Assembly (NCBI RefSeq): GCF_009914755.1
Contig: NC_060926.1
DNA: 64,000 nucleotides
Origin: the human T2T-CHM13v2.0 reference genome, Homo sapiens
Reading direction: 5' to 3' (one strand)
The stretch's first letter is position 1. Every line of letters starts with the position of its first letter. The position numbers and the translations under genes are program-made. Shown piece after piece: positions 42,229 through 58,278 of this stretch. Under the pieces are notes generated by a model. It was not told where the DNA came from. It saw only the letters and a program-made list of their open reading frames with translations, and did no database searches.

Positions 42229-42931
42229 TAGAAAAACCCACAAAAGCCTGGGATTACATCAAAAGAACACAGGAGCCAACAGAAAGGGCTCCCAATGGCC
42301 AAACCCAGAACAATTTGAGCAACAAAGTAAATAATATAATTTGGATTATAACCCAAAGTATAAAATAACAACAACAGTGTGTTTGTAGTTAGATAAATAA
42401 GGGATTGAATAGCTAAATACACAGGGTAGAATAGACAAAACTCCTATTCAGAATTTCAAATAATTTATGTAGATACTTGCTTCTCAAAGAGGTGGGACAT
42501 AACTTCCCACAAGTAACTGTACGCTGAGCCTAGTGACTTCCTTCCAATGAGTACGGTGTGGAAAATGTCAGGGTTGAGACGGAGACTGCCTCAGCCAGGT
42601 CATGAAGACTAGCATCAACAGCGACAAGTCATGCTGATGTATGGACTCTTGATGTGATGCAGTGAGAATGGCATTTTACCTCTGAGATCTTCCTCCCAAA
42701 ATCCTAACCCCAGTCTAATCATAAGAAACATGTCAGACAAAAGTAAATTGAAGGACCTTCTGCAAAATACCTGACCAGCACTCCTTAAAACTGGAGAGGT
42801 CACCAAAGACAAGCAAAGTCTAAGAAACTGTCAGAGCCAAGAGGAGCCAAAGGAGACACGACAACTTAATATAATATATCCTGGATGGGATCCTGGGACA
42901 GAAGACAGACATTATATAAAAACGAAGGGGG

Positions 42932-43233
<302 letters not shown>

Positions 43234-44525
43234 CGAAGGGAATCTGAGTAAAGCCTGGACTTAATTAATAATAACTACGCGTCAGTGTTAGTTCATTAAT
43301 TGTGACAAATGTGCTATAGGAATGTAAGATATTAACAATAGGAGAAACTGGGTGTGGGGCTGTAAAAACTCTCTGTGTTTGCTTTGCAACTTCCTGTACA
43401 TCTAAAACAATTTTAAAATATAAAGTTGATTTAAAGTGGAATGGATAAATATAGCTAACATTTATGCCAAGGTAAAGAAAAATTTTTTTCACCAGAAATT
43501 CTCTGAATTGTGTCAAAAATCTAACAATGAATTTGGAAGATGTGTTTGATGAGTGCTTCTGGAATCCAGGCTGAGCCTCCATGCTCCCTACTGCAAAAGG
43601 CGAAACCTCATCCCCTAGATATGAGATAAAAAGAAGGATATGTTTTGTACAGGATAAGTTTTGCTCATGAAAGGAATGCAAATAAGAATTGGGAGAGGGA
43701 AGGCCCAGGAAGTCAAGCGGAGAGTGGTAGGAAAATTGTGATGAGATGTGAGAAAGCTTCCTTCTTCAGCAAAGCCTCCTTAATCAATCAAACTCTTGGT
43801 GGGTGTGAATTTTTAAAATTTTAATAGAAAACTGATGAAGAGGCTGAGTTTTGCATTGGGGTAAAGAAAGAGGAATTTAAGAAGTCAAAACTTTTAAGCC
43901 ATTTTATTTAATAAAGACCTACAAGGATTGAAGTTTTTTGGGAATTAACAGAAATACTCAGTAGGGCAACTCAACCCTGGTCCTGGGATGGAGGATTTCA
44001 AGGCAATGGGACCTACCTGTCAAGGCGCAGAGAGGAACACCAGGTGACGTCTGGAGAGATGCTGATTTAAATTGTTGACTCAAACTGAAAATTATCTTAA
44101 TAACAAAAAGTTGAGTGCTATCTCAGAACATTGGAGGGTTAGTTACTAAATCAAGAGCATCATGCTGAATCACTGCTACTGCTTCTCTCCCTCTTCCCCT
44201 ACCCTCTGAAACCATGGTCAGACACTGGCAAAGTTGTGAAGCAGTCTAGGGTCATTTCTGGTTTTCTTTCCCCAGCCCACCTATTTTCAATGACCTTCTC
44301 CCTTCACTATCCTTTCAAACTCCATCTCTACAAGGTTTCTTGCATCTGTAAGTCATGAACACCATAATACCAACAGCTAAGTTCCAATGGCATTTGCCCT
44401 AAAAAACAAACTCAGGGGAAAGAAGCAAATCAAGTAATTTCTAAGGCTTTTAGGCTCTGTGGTTTTAACTTGCTCTGGGAAAGGTATTCTGAGTACGCTG
44501 TTGGTATTAAAATCATACATGATTT

Positions 44526-44768
44526 TCTCACTCATAAGTGGGAGCTGAACAGTGAGAACACATAGACACAGGGAGGGGAACATCACACACCAGGGCCTGT
44601 TGGGGGGTGGGGGCTAAGGGAGAGATAACATTAGGAGAAATACCTAATGTAGATAATGGGTTGATGGATGCAGCAAACCACCATGGCACGTGTGTATACC
44701 TATGTAACAAATCTGCACGTTCTGCATAATGTATCCCAGAACTTAAAGTATAATAATAATTTAAAAAC
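44526..44768 (+). mobile_element. L1PA 3' end
   Basis: TTCTCACTCATAAGTGGGAG...GCAAACCACCATGGCACG...CCCAGAACTTAAAGTATAATAA. Confidence 0.9.
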
Positions 44769-44785
44769 TCATGCATGAATGCAAC

Positions 44786-45400
44786 ATTCCTCCAAGCGTG
44801 GCTCCTGGACCGAAAGCATCAACGTCACCCTGAAATGTGTTAGAAATGCCAAGTCTCAGGCCCTACCCCAGACTACATGAGTGACTTGAGGGCGGGCCTC
44901 GGAATCTGTGTCTTAGATTCTCCAGGTGATTCTGATGCTGTCCTAAGTTTCAGAAACACTGATTTTGTGAGTCCCAATTCTTCCCCACAAGGCCAAAGAG
45001 TGGGGTGGCTGTTGTGCACTGTGAGCAGCTCTGAAAGCTAATTGCAGGTAAGAATCACCTGGGAACTTAAAAAAAAAAAGCTTTCCTTGCTTGGGCCCCA
45101 TCCCCAGAGGCTCTGATTTATGCACTACTTTTCAAAGGCCCCCCAGTGGTTAGAATCTGCAGCCAGCGCTGAGAACCCCTGCTCCAGGATCCAATCCCAG
45201 GCCTTATCTTTTCCTCCAAGGTCCCTTGCTCAAACTTGAGCTATGAAGGGCCAGCATCAGAATCCCCTGGAGGCCTTTTAAAACTACCTCAGGTCTCTGA
45301 TCCAGGAGGTCTGGGGTAGAATCCAAAATTTGGCATTTCTAACAAGTTCCCAGGTGATGCAGAGGCTGTGGGTCCAGTGACTCCACTTTGAGAAGCATTG
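44786..45400. mobile_element. Cluster of about three MER5-type hAT-Charlie MITEs
   Basis: Repeated MER5 motifs: GTTAGAAATGC..TCTCAGGCCC, AGAATCACCTGGGAACTT, TTTCTAACAAGTTCCCAGGTGATGC and CACTTTGAGAA. Confidence 0.65.
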
Positions 45401-45624
45401 ATGTAAGGTTCAGATCTGAGTGAACACTCAGATGTCTGCCTGTCAGCCCCACTGCCATCCGGCCTGCCCCCATGTATACATAGAGGGACTTTGAATGAGC
45501 AGCAGTTGGATTTGCTTGGAAATATGAAAAAGCTGGAAGGGCCTCCATGCACTTCCTCATGAACACGGGAGCCTGTCCCCTTCCAATCTCCACGTCGGCT
45601 CCTCCCCTCACCTCCTGCATAGCG

Positions 45625-46062
45625 GGGTCAGCTAAATAATGGTTCCCAGAGGTGCATGTTCTAATCCCTGGATCCTGTGAATGTGCCATTATATGGCAAA
45701 AGAGACTGCAGACGTGATTCAGGATCTTGAGATGGGGAGAGGAGCTTGGATTGTTTGACGGTCCCTAAATGCAATCACAAGGGTCCTTATAACAGGGAGG
45801 CAGAGGGAGGTCTGACACAGAAGGCGATGATGTCACCACTGATGCAGGATGCTCCACTGCTGGGTTAGCGGAGGGATGCTGAGCCATGGACCAAGAGGCC
45901 ACGGAGCAGGCTCTCCCAGACAGCCTCCTGGGGGAGCAGAGCTGTGCCCACACTTTGATTTGTGCTCAGGAAACTGACTTCGGACTCCTGACCTCCAGAA
46001 CTGTGTAAAGAGATGTTTTATGCTACCAAGTCTGTGGTAATTTGTTAGCAGCCACAGGAAAC
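45625..46062 (+). mobile_element. MLT1C/D-like LTR, followed by (CT)n(CA)n to ~46144
   Basis: AATAATGG..CTAATCCCTGGATCCTGTGAATGTG, GGATCTTGAGATGGGGAGA and GTCTGTGGTAATTTGTTAGCAGC. Confidence 0.78.
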
Positions 46063-47151
46063 TCTCTCTCCTCTCTCTCTGTCTCTCTCTCTCTCACACA
46101 CACACATACGCATACACACACACACATATTCTCTCACACACACAGCAAAAGGAGCAAGAGGCCATGGGAGAAATCGGAAATCATATATGAGTTTGTCCAA
46201 CATGTTTTCCTATAACTCACTTTCTCTCCACAATCCTGTTAAATAAGCGAGGAAGTAGTAGTAGCAATAGTGTACCCATTTTACAGGTGAGGAAGCAGTT
46301 TTGGCCACTGTCCATTGCTAGCAGATAGGCGATTTGGGACTCAAACGGAGAATCTGAGGCCCTGTGTCCTGTTTTGTCAAGCTCCGCCCCTCTGCTGTTT
46401 CAGCACATCCCCAGAGTCCATTTCCTTTGCTGAGAATAACGACTCACTCTCTGCTGGACACCTGCAAGGAATTACTCCAGTGCCTCCCTCACTAACCTGT
46501 TGTTCATCACTCCCTCAGTTGGCAGGAATTAAATCACTGCTGCTCAGAAATTGCCAGGACATCTGCTTACCATCACTGTCCCCAGGGAACCAGGCTCTCT
46601 GACATTGCAGCCACCTCTCTCCTTAGCCAGGGCCCTTGAATGCTTTTGGAGACATTTAGAAAAGGAGTTGGCACAGAAGCATAATGCTGGATGAAAACTG
46701 CCATTCAGAAGACTTCGCCATTCAAGCCTGCTGAGCCTAAGGGTTTCAAACACGTCTCCCCACCCGCCAGTCATTGCTTGTCCTGATTCAAAGAGACTTG
46801 AATCCATCCAAGGAGCTGGATAGAGAGCAGCTTGTCGTTGGTCAGACGTGGTCTTTTTTGCAGTCCAGGCACTGGGACAGAAGCCAGCAAGCAAACTGAT
46901 CTCAAAGGTAAAGTGGTAACATATGGGCTTCCTAGGGGGACGTGTGTCTCAAACACTGACAGAGTTGGCCACATTCTGCAAAGCAGAGGACAAAATCCAT
47001 TTGCCACAACAGACTGTTAGAGGTGTTGGTTGAGTCACCTGGACTCACCCACCTTCCAGATCGGGGGCTTTTTACCTGATTGTGGGAACTTGGCCAGATA
47101 AGAGTGTAACAAGATCTAGGTGATCAGAGAGCTATCTTAAGAGCAAGAAAG

Positions 47152-47638
<487 letters not shown>

Positions 47639-47994
47639 TTAAAGTTCATATTTAGGCAGCATTTCTGTTTAATAGCATGTGGTATTTTATAGGCTCTATG
47701 CTCTTCAATTGACATTTGAAACAGGTCTTAGAACATCAAGGCTCTTGTACCTGGGGAAGAAAAGTGTGACAGAGAAGGATGTGTGTCATATTCCAGTGCA
47801 CTTTGAGACTGGATGAGCACAGCTGTGGTGTGTGCACCAGCCTTGCTTTGATCATAGAAAGCTCTGATCACAGGTCACCCTCACTAGCAGCAGACATAGT
47901 TGTAAAATTGATGTCACATCTGTCACTTCATGTGATCTCCCAGCAACTCCATGAGGAAGGCCAATTTCCCTCATTTTGTGGATGAGGAAACAGT

Positions 47995-48312
47995 TGTTTT
48001 TTTGGTTTTTTGTTTTTTGTGTTTTTTTGAGACAGAGTCTCACTCTGTCGCCCAGGCTGGAGTGCAGTGGCGTGATCTCGGCTCACTGCAACCTCCACCT
48101 CCTGGTTCAAGCAATTCTCCTGCCTCAGCCTCCCAAGTAGCTAGGACTACAGGTGCACGCTGCCATGCCCGGCTAATTTTTTGTATTTTTTTCTTAGAGA
48201 CGGGGTTTCACCATGTTGCCCAGGCTGGTCATGAACTCCTAAGCTCAGGCAATCCGCCCGCCTTGGCCTCCCAAAGTGTTGGGATTACAGGCATGAGCCA
48301 CAGTACCCGGCT
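47995..48312 (-). mobile_element. Alu inserted in a MIR (~47910-48400)
   Basis: Reverse Alu with TSD AACAGTT; flanks CATTTTGTGGATGAGGAAAC and ACTTGCCCAAGGTC...GGGATTTGAACCCA are MIR. Confidence 0.92.
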
Positions 48313-49477
48313 AACAGTTTTTAAGAAACTTGCCCAAGGTCAGCTGCTAGAAAATGGCAGGGCTGGGATTTGAACCCAAGAGCCTTGGCCAGAGCTCTGA
48401 TCTACTCTAACGTACCATGTCCATAACAAGCACAGGCTTCCCTCTCACTCTCCTCTGATCATTACTGTCTGCATTTGAGAGTTAGGTAAGAAATCTAGAC
48501 TGTCTGCCCTCAGCCCCACCACTCACACTCCACTTTCTTTCCATCAGAGGCTATTTGACTCTGAGAAAAAGAGTGAAAGAAATGAGCCAATGAAAAGTTG
48601 AAGAACTCACCCAAAGCCATCCAACTACACAGACTCCAATGGTTTGGCTCCAAAGCCCAGACTCTTAACTGCTATACTAAATTAGGGATAAAAATAGAGC
48701 CTACGATTTGGGTTATTTTTCACTTTTAATGAGGAAAATGTGTTCCAAGTTTAATGCCTGCCACAAAATAGGCTCTCAATAAACACCATCTATTATTATT
48801 GCTACCACTAAATATTAATTAACACAAGATTGCCGTGCTGAACACTACTGGGTTTTTCCTCTCTTCTATTTCTGCTATAACATGTCACTTTTTATTGCTT
48901 TCTCTGTCTTCCTACATTTTAAGATTTTACTTTATTTTACGCACAATTCAAAGGCCTCATAGAAGGGACACATCTTGACTTGTCTGTTGGGGGCCATGTT
49001 TGTACCTGGTAACCCAGTGTACTGGAACTAGGGGTTGACCCATGACTCGTCATAAATCAGGTTGAGCTAATCAGATTCTCTCTCTCAGGAGTTTGGAATC
49101 AAGAATATGAGATACTGAGAGAAGATGGTTGCTTGACCTGAGGTCTCCTAGAATTGGATAAATCAAAGCCACCTTTACACCAGAGCTACGGTGGAACAGA
49201 GAAGCCACCACTTTGCCAGGAGAGATGCAGAAGAATGAAGCAGATGTGGGCAGAGAAGAGAGGCCATTCAAGGTGAGGGAGTAGCTTCAATCTTCAGAGT
49301 TCAGTTCCATGAAAAATAGGTGAATTCTAAGAGCTTGCCTGGAGTAAACTTCAGCTAACTTCCATTTCACTTGAGCTAGTTTGAGTTTGAGTGCGTCTCT
49401 CTTTCTTGCAATAAACCTAACATTAGCTCTGCCTCTCCTGCGGAGTAAACTCCTGGAGCCCCATGAGGGCTCTTTGA

Positions 49478-50413
<936 letters not shown>

Positions 50414-50800
50414 CTCTAGTCCAACCACTCTCATGACTCAGTAGAACCTTCTGCAGCATTCCTAACAGTGGTCACTTAGTCTCAGTGCAATCTTTTTCTG
50501 GAATAGGAAGTTTATTCTTTTTCCAGTGATCCCATTCTATACATTGACTTGAAGTCTGTGTCCTTGTAACCATCCCCTAGTAGTCCCACTTCTAGCCACA
50601 GAAATTGGGCACAGTGATGTCTTCCAGGCATCTTCACCTATTGGAAGGCAGCCATCTGGCCTTCCCGTTCTTAGAGAAAGCTGCCCAGCTCCTTCGGCCT
50701 CTCTCCTCTAACTTGGTTAGTGAACCCTTCATCATCCACTTGCCCATGTTTGTACTCATTTCAGGTTTCACTGTGCCAAGCGCCTTTCTTTTTTATTTCT
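50414..50800 (-). mobile_element. Possible ancient CR1/L3 LINE 3' fragment
   Basis: TCTAGTCCAACC at the start and degenerate CR1-like motifs downstream; weak. Confidence 0.35.
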
Positions 50801-51343
50801 TCCAAGGTTAAGTGTATTTTTCAGATAGCTGATGTTTTTACAAACCTGGCCTGAGAAGAGTTGAGAGCCCCTGCAGTAATGTTATGCATAGCAGATTCAG
50901 CTATGCAGTTCTGTGTTTTGTTACTTCTTGGTATATTTCCATGTGCATTTGTGAGCACCCTCTCCGTTTCCTGCAATGATATACTTGTGACCTCCTCCTT
51001 TGCCCTCCCTGATCTCTTGTCTTTACCCTCGCCTCTCCTGGGAAAGGGAAGACTTCTCCAGACCCACATGAGGCAGGCCTGTACTTGCCAATGAAGCCCA
51101 TGACAGATAGGTGAACCCCACCCAGGGTTTCAGGATTAGCAGCCCACTGGTTGCCCCCAACCCCTCTTCTCCAACTTTGCATTTATTTGTAATGAGGATG
51201 ATATTTTGATCATATGTCTGTCTCCTGTGTCTGTCTCCCGTGTCGTCTCATACACAGACAAGGAAAGGGATGTTACTTATTGGTTTCTCTGAAATTCTGA
51301 TTTTTTTTCCTTAAATTATAGGCTTAAAAAGCTAATCTAATCT

Positions 51344-51696
<353 letters not shown>

Positions 51697-54009
51697 TCAC
51701 AAAGACACAGGCTCTGGTGTCAGCCTTGACCATTGATAGACTCCTTGGGACGGATGTTTAGGGAGTTAGTTCTCGTATGGAAATGAGAGCACTTTAAAAA
51801 GAAGATACATTTGGTAAGAGGAGAAACATAAACTGTCCTAGGAGTGGGGGAGACAGAGCTGGGGAGGCAGAGGACAAGGGCTCTCCCTGCCCGTTGAGAA
51901 CAAGACCTGTGACACATGTCCACACAGAGACAGCCATCTGGAGGCAGCTGAAATAGAAGTGCTCTATTATTTGACATTCAGTCCTGCCTTCTTTACACTG
52001 AGAGACTGCCTTTTGACCTTCGAAAACTTCCATCCCTGATGTGCTGCAAGGGTGACTTTATGCATTCTTTTTTTTGTTGTTTTTTTAACTTTTATGATTC
52101 CTGAGATTGTAGCAGCCACTGAATTTCCTATGCTGAGGCCAAGCCATCAAAGCTTGATCCAAGATACTGACCTGAAAACAGCCTGGCCCTTGGATACAGA
52201 GATAGAGGGCAGATTTGTGAATATCGGGCACTTTAAAAAGCATGAATATGTAAAATCACAGGTTGTCATGTGAGAGTGAAAAGGAAGACTGAGAAGAGAT
52301 GGCAGTCAGGACAAACCCTACTGTATAAAAATCAAGTGAGGTGGAAACGAGAAGATGAAAGTCGATTGTGGCAACAATAATCACAAATAAATAGGAAGGT
52401 AGAATATAAAGAGAATCTAGCCTATACCATGAAATCTCTTATTCCCATTTATCATCTGAGGAGATTACAGAGGCACCCATTTAATGACTTTTTGCAATTT
52501 GTGCTCTATCTTGATTTTAACTGATTTCCTAGAAACCCTTGGTAGACTCACATATCACTTGCTGTCAAATGAGTCTTCAAGAACAAATGCCGCTCTGGCC
52601 AATGTTCTGTACAATGTACTAAAGATAGTTGTGTGACTATTTGAGAGGCACACATTGGCTCTCTGGCAGTCTTGGGCATTCTCCGTGCAAAAACTGCAAA
52701 AATGATTTAGCGCAGTGTTAGCAGCAGCCTGACATTTTCCTCACCAGTGATTGTAATGTGACCTTTTGGGAGGCTGCATTTGCCTGAGGGAGGGAAGTCT
52801 CCTGGGACTTCACAGAGATTGCAATAGATTGATTATTGTTGGGGACAGTGATGCTCGCCTCATAATAACTTATTAGTCTCCCGCCATCTCCACTGTACTT
52901 CCCTGGTACAATTTCCTTCCAGGCTTCAGGAAGGTATTAAAAAGGTTTAACGTAATTCAGAGTAGGTTCAAAAGTATTTTAAAGTTCAAACGGAACTATC
53001 TGAAAGCAAAATTCCTTATGCAACAGTGGAAAAATGCAGGCTTGGTGTTGGAAGGCCTGGCGGCCATTTTTATATGTCCCCTACTGTGGGGCTCTGGGTC
53101 TCAGGCCCTTCTTGGGTCAAACAGAAATAATGGAGCCTGCTTCACATAATGACTGTAGACAGTAAACTAGAGAATACGGTTTTGCATGCCTGGGACAGGG
53201 TGGGCACTTAGAAGACCCTCCGTTCTTTTCGTTCCCCGTCTCTCATGCCTTCTCCCTCCCTCTGTCTCACTGATGATCCAATCAATTATGCAGCCAGATT
53301 AAGCTGACCCTTCATTTAATCAAACAAATGGTTGGTATCTCTGCTTTACATAAAGTATAATAGCAATAACTAATGTTTATATCCTGCCATGTGCTTTAGG
53401 TTATGCCTTCAAACACATGATCTACGATTGGGTATTTTGCCTACACCAAACAAGCTAAAGCTTAGTGCCATCGCATGCCACACCCCCTCTTAGGAACTCA
53501 GATATGCATAATGAAGCCATCCCTAATCTTGCCAGCTCATCTTGTCAATGTGATTTAGTGGGTGTGAATGCCAAAAGTGCCAATAAGTGAGGAGTGTGGC
53601 TTACCAGGGAGTCAGCCCTTTTGACAATGCGGTGTCTTCTTGGCACAGTGTTGAATTACAATTGCTGGTTCTGGCCAGACGATAGTGTGGTTGGAATCTG
53701 TCTCTGGGGTCCTCCTCACTCTACTCCTTCATGGATCTCTCCATTTTAGTAATTAAGGTGTTCATGCTTTTTCCTCTCAGGAAAAGAAAGAGGGATAAAC
53801 ACTTTCATACTGAAGAGTTAGTAAGTTAATGACTCATCCTTACCAGGACTAGAACCAAGCCCTCTTCATCTTCATCCTATTTCCAGGTTTCTGTAAATGT
53901 CAGTGTTTTTCTAAGTTCTCTTCTAGACACAAGACTTGCCACCGTCTCCCAGGGTGAACATCCTCATACCATCTCCCGGGGTGAACATCTCCACATCTGG
54001 AGTCGAAGA

Positions 54010-54400
54010 TCTCCTAAGATCACCTCTGGCCAACTCTTTCTCCTGAGCTCCAGGCCTACCAGTAGATATCCAACTGCCCATTGGCGGCTCCTCTTGGGTG
54101 TCACTAGCCCTGCAAATTCAATGAGCTATCACATGTAGCTCCACTCCCGTCATCTTCTGCTGTATGAATGTGGCATCATCCACCCAGATGCTAAACCAGA
54201 AACCTAGAGACCATCTCACTCTGCCCTCTGTCTTATTTTCTACAACCAGTCACCAAGTCTTGTCCATTCTTCCTCCTAAGTGTCTTTTGAGCTCTGTTCA
54301 CATCTCTCCATCCCTGCCAACGCTGCCCTAGTCAAACTTTCGTCATCTCTCACCTGGAATATTACAGTGACTCCCAGTTAATCTCATTGCTTCCTGTCCA
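54010..54400 (+). mobile_element. L2 LINE fragment
   Basis: TCTCCTGAGCTCCAG..ATATCCAACTGCC, GGCATCATCCACCCAG..AAACCAGAAACCTAG and CATCTCTCACCTGGA. Confidence 0.7.
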
Positions 54401-54423
54401 GGCAATTCAAAACATAATAGGAA

Positions 54424-54736
54424 CCGGGCATGGTGGCTCACTCCTATAATGTCAGCATTTTGGCAGGCTGACACTGGGGGATCGCTTGAGCTCAGGAGTT
54501 GGAGACCAGCCTGAGCGAAATGGTAAAACCCAGTCTCTACAAAAAGTACAAAAATTAGCCAGGTGTAGTTATGCACACCTGTAGTCCCAGCTACTAGGGG
54601 CTGAAGTGGGAGGATTGCTTCAGCCCAGGATGTCACGGCTGCAGTGAGCCATGATTGCACCACTGCACTCCAGCCTCAGGGACAGAGCGAGACCCTGTCT
54701 CAAATAATAATAATAATAATAGTAATAATGATAATA
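54424..54736 (+). mobile_element. AluJ-like with (AAT)n tail
   Basis: GGATCGCTTGAGCTCAGGAG and GGCTGCAGTGAGCCATGATT. Confidence 0.92.
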
Positions 54737-55479
54737 ACCACAGTGATTCCCCTCCCCCCATACCTCCTTAGCCTGACCCTCTAGCACGTGAATTTGCTAC
54801 TTAGCAGTTTATTTCCAATATATCTAATTAGTTCTTGTTTGAAACCTTCCTTTATTACTCTGAGGATATAAATTGTATTTATTTTAAAGCACTGTTCTAT
54901 GTGTTCTATTAACTCAGTTTCCCTAGGTGTAAGATTTTCTGTTAAGTTTGTTGTCTCTCATGGTGACGGTCACTTTCAAATTGTTTATGATTCTTGGCTG
55001 TAGGCTCAACTTTACCCTTGGAAGTCCCTGCTAGGTTGGTCACCCCCTCTGTGCCCAGCATGGAGGGAAGGCAGAGGAATCTGCTGGGGTTTATGGCACA
55101 CGCTGTCTTCAGGAACAGCAGAAGACAGCCAGGCCAGGTCACTGGGCTAGGGTGACCCATTCCTTGCAGTCTATGTCAGACACCAGGTGCGGCCCCGTCT
55201 CTCTGACCCAGGCACTGCTGGATGTGGTAACAAACACTCTTTGCCGAAGCCTAGCTCATGTCAGGGTGTGTGATGCTGGAGTGGACCCACCTTGGCAGTT
55301 CTGGCTGTGGAACCCCAGAGACTTTCCCAGGGCCTCCTCCTGGCTTCTACCCATCTAGACCATTGGTGTGGCTTCCACCTTCTGTGTTTGTACTTTTCTG
55401 TGGCAGCCAGTGCTGCCATTAATCCAATATCCTTTGCTCCTAATCTTGGAGCCTTTTCGATATCTTAATATCTTCTGAG

Positions 55480-57420
55480 GAAGAGACATTTTTATTTTAA
55501 TGGAATTCAGTATGTCATTATTTTTTCTCTTATGGTTAATGCTTTTTGTTGCCTAAGCAGTATTTTCCCTGCCCAAAAGTCCTGAAGATTTTCTCCTACT
55601 TTTTTTTCTAAAAAATTTAATTTTTTTCTTTTTAATTTAAGACTCTTATCCAATTCGAGATAACTTTTGTGCTGATTGTTTTCCCATCTGAATAACCAGT
55701 TTTTGTAAAGCCGTTTGTTGAAAAAATGATTCATTCCCCCACTAAATTATCTTGGCACCTTTGTTGAAAATCTACATCTCTATGTTGGTTTATTTCTGGA
55801 CACTCATTCTGTTCCACTGATCTACATGTGTATTCTTACAGCAGTACCACGCTGTCTTGCTTACATAGCTTTGTAATGCATCCTGAACTCAGCTAAGAGT
55901 TCCAACTTCCTTCTTCATTTTTTTTTTTTTTTTTGAGACAGAGTCTCACTCTGTTGCCCAGGCTAGAGTGCAGTGATGCTATCTCACCTCTCTGCATACC
56001 AGGTTCAAGTGATTCTCGGGCCTCACCCTCCTGAGTAGCTGGGACCACAGGCACGTACCACCACACCCAGCTAATTTTTGTATTTTTAGTAGAGACGGGG
56101 TTTCACCATGTTGGCCAGGTGGGTGTCGAACTCCTGACTTCAGGTGGTCCACCCCACTCAGCCTCGCAAAGTGCTGGAATTACAGGCATGAGCCACCACA
56201 CCCGGCCCACCTTCTTTTTAAATTTTTTTTGGTTATTCTGGATTAGTTGCATTATGTTATCAGGTTTAGAATTATGCTGTCAATCTGTATATAAAAGCCT
56301 TATAGCGTTTTGATTGGGATGGTGTTGACTCTATTCACCACTTCACAAGGAGTGTGAGAATCTTTCCACAATACACTTTCATTTCCCCTCCCACTGTTTG
56401 CACTATGGTTGTCAAACATTTTATTTCTACATATAAGCCCCATGATATTGTTATTTTCATGTTAAACTGAACATTTTCTTGTGAGAAAGTTCTTTAAAGA
56501 GAGAAAATAAAGTCTTTACCCACATATCTACCATATCTGATGCTTTCCATTCCTTTTTCATGATCTGAGTTTCCCTCTACAATCAATTTTCTAAGAAGCC
56601 GGAAGAACTTCTTTTAATATTTCTTATAGTATTCTTACCTGCTGGGAAAGAATTATCTCCCTTTTTGTTTGTGTGTGTTGTGAGTGTCTGGGTTTTGTCA
56701 TCTTCCTTTGAGGAGCATTGAGTTCTGCTTTGGCAATCAGCTAATTTACTTGCAGATCAGTTCGATAAAAGAATCCTCAAAACAAAGTCTTGTTTTTTAA
56801 GGATTGTTACTGTGGGTCCAGAGTGGCCTTTATGCCAGTTTAGTTTAGTTCTACCAACTGCCCTGATCAATCTGGGTCACTGTTGCCTGCTCCAAATACT
56901 CAGTGATCTCTCTCTATTTTGGCTGATCAGAGCAGATGTCTCTAAGCCTTGTGCAAAGTTGGGGTGTTTTTCAGCTTATAGCTCCCTGGTAGCTCTTCCC
57001 ACAGCCCCAAGGAGGCTCACCTTCCATGTACGTTCTTAGTATTCAGCAACAGACTCAAGTGGACCCCTATGCAACATTCTTGAGCTCTTTCATTCTGTAG
57101 CTCCCTCTTCTCCAGTCCTTTGTTCTGGAAATCCTAACTACTTCATCCTCACCGAACTCTAAGCTCTGTCTCCTCGTGTCAGTGAGATTGCTGCCCTCTT
57201 TTTGGGTTCCCCTCCCTGGCCCACAGTCTCACAAATGGCTCCAAGCAGGAAATGAGAAGGTTGTGGGGCTCCCTCATTTATTTCCTTTCTGTCAGGGAGC
57301 AGTCCCATGCAGGTTGTTGTCCAGTGTCCAGGAACAATTATCTCCCATGTTAAGTCCAGTTTTCTAGTTCTTTATGACAGAAGAGCTTGTCTGGTAGCAG
57401 TTACTTATCATGCCTGGAAG
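55480..57420 (-). mobile_element. Old L1M fragments interrupted by an Alu
   Basis: CTTGGCACCTTTGTTGAAAATC, TTCTGTTCCACTGATCTA and TTTGATTGGGAT; an L1 5'-region-like stretch toward 57400. Confidence 0.65.
55918..56207 (-). mobile_element. Alu (S-type)
   Basis: Reverse Alu with poly(T). Confidence 0.93.
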
Positions 57421-57447
57421 CAGAGGTACCTGTAATATCTCAAATAA

Positions 57448-57729
<282 letters not shown>

Positions 57730-57730
<1 letters not shown>

Positions 57731-57767
57731 TATATATATATATATATCTCAATCTCACATAAGTGCC

Positions 57768-57798
<31 letters not shown>

Positions 57799-57865
57799 AT
57801 TTATATATATATAATATATATATATAATATATATATATATAAAATATATATATATATATATATAT
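57730..57865. repeat. Interrupted (TA)n microsatellites
   Basis: Read directly from the sequence. Confidence 0.92.
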
Positions 57866-58179
57866 CACATAGGTGCCATAGCTTGAGCAGTGTCTGCAGC
57901 TCCATGGTCTGATCCCTAAGGACAGACAAATGGTTGACATCCTACCCCATGCAAAGCACAATGCCAGGCTCCATGGGGCATTAAATATTGTGAATTAGTT
58001 GTGATGTATAAACACATAAATGTGCAAAGTAATTTCTTTGACTATTAGAATTTTGTTAAAATCTTTAACATACTATGGGTTGAGCATCTCTACATTATAG
58101 TTAGAGCTACTTCCCAACACTATAGTTTTAATTACCATCACATAAGGTTTTCTCATTAAGGTTTTGTTGCTGTTGTTCT

Positions 58180-58211
<32 letters not shown>

Positions 58212-58212
58212 G
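58180..58212. repeat. (TG)n microsatellite
   Basis: Read directly from the sequence. Confidence 0.92.
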
Positions 58213-58278
58213 CTTATAATGGAATTTTGATTGTGTACCAGTGCAGTACATTTTCTACACAAAATCTGCACAATAATG

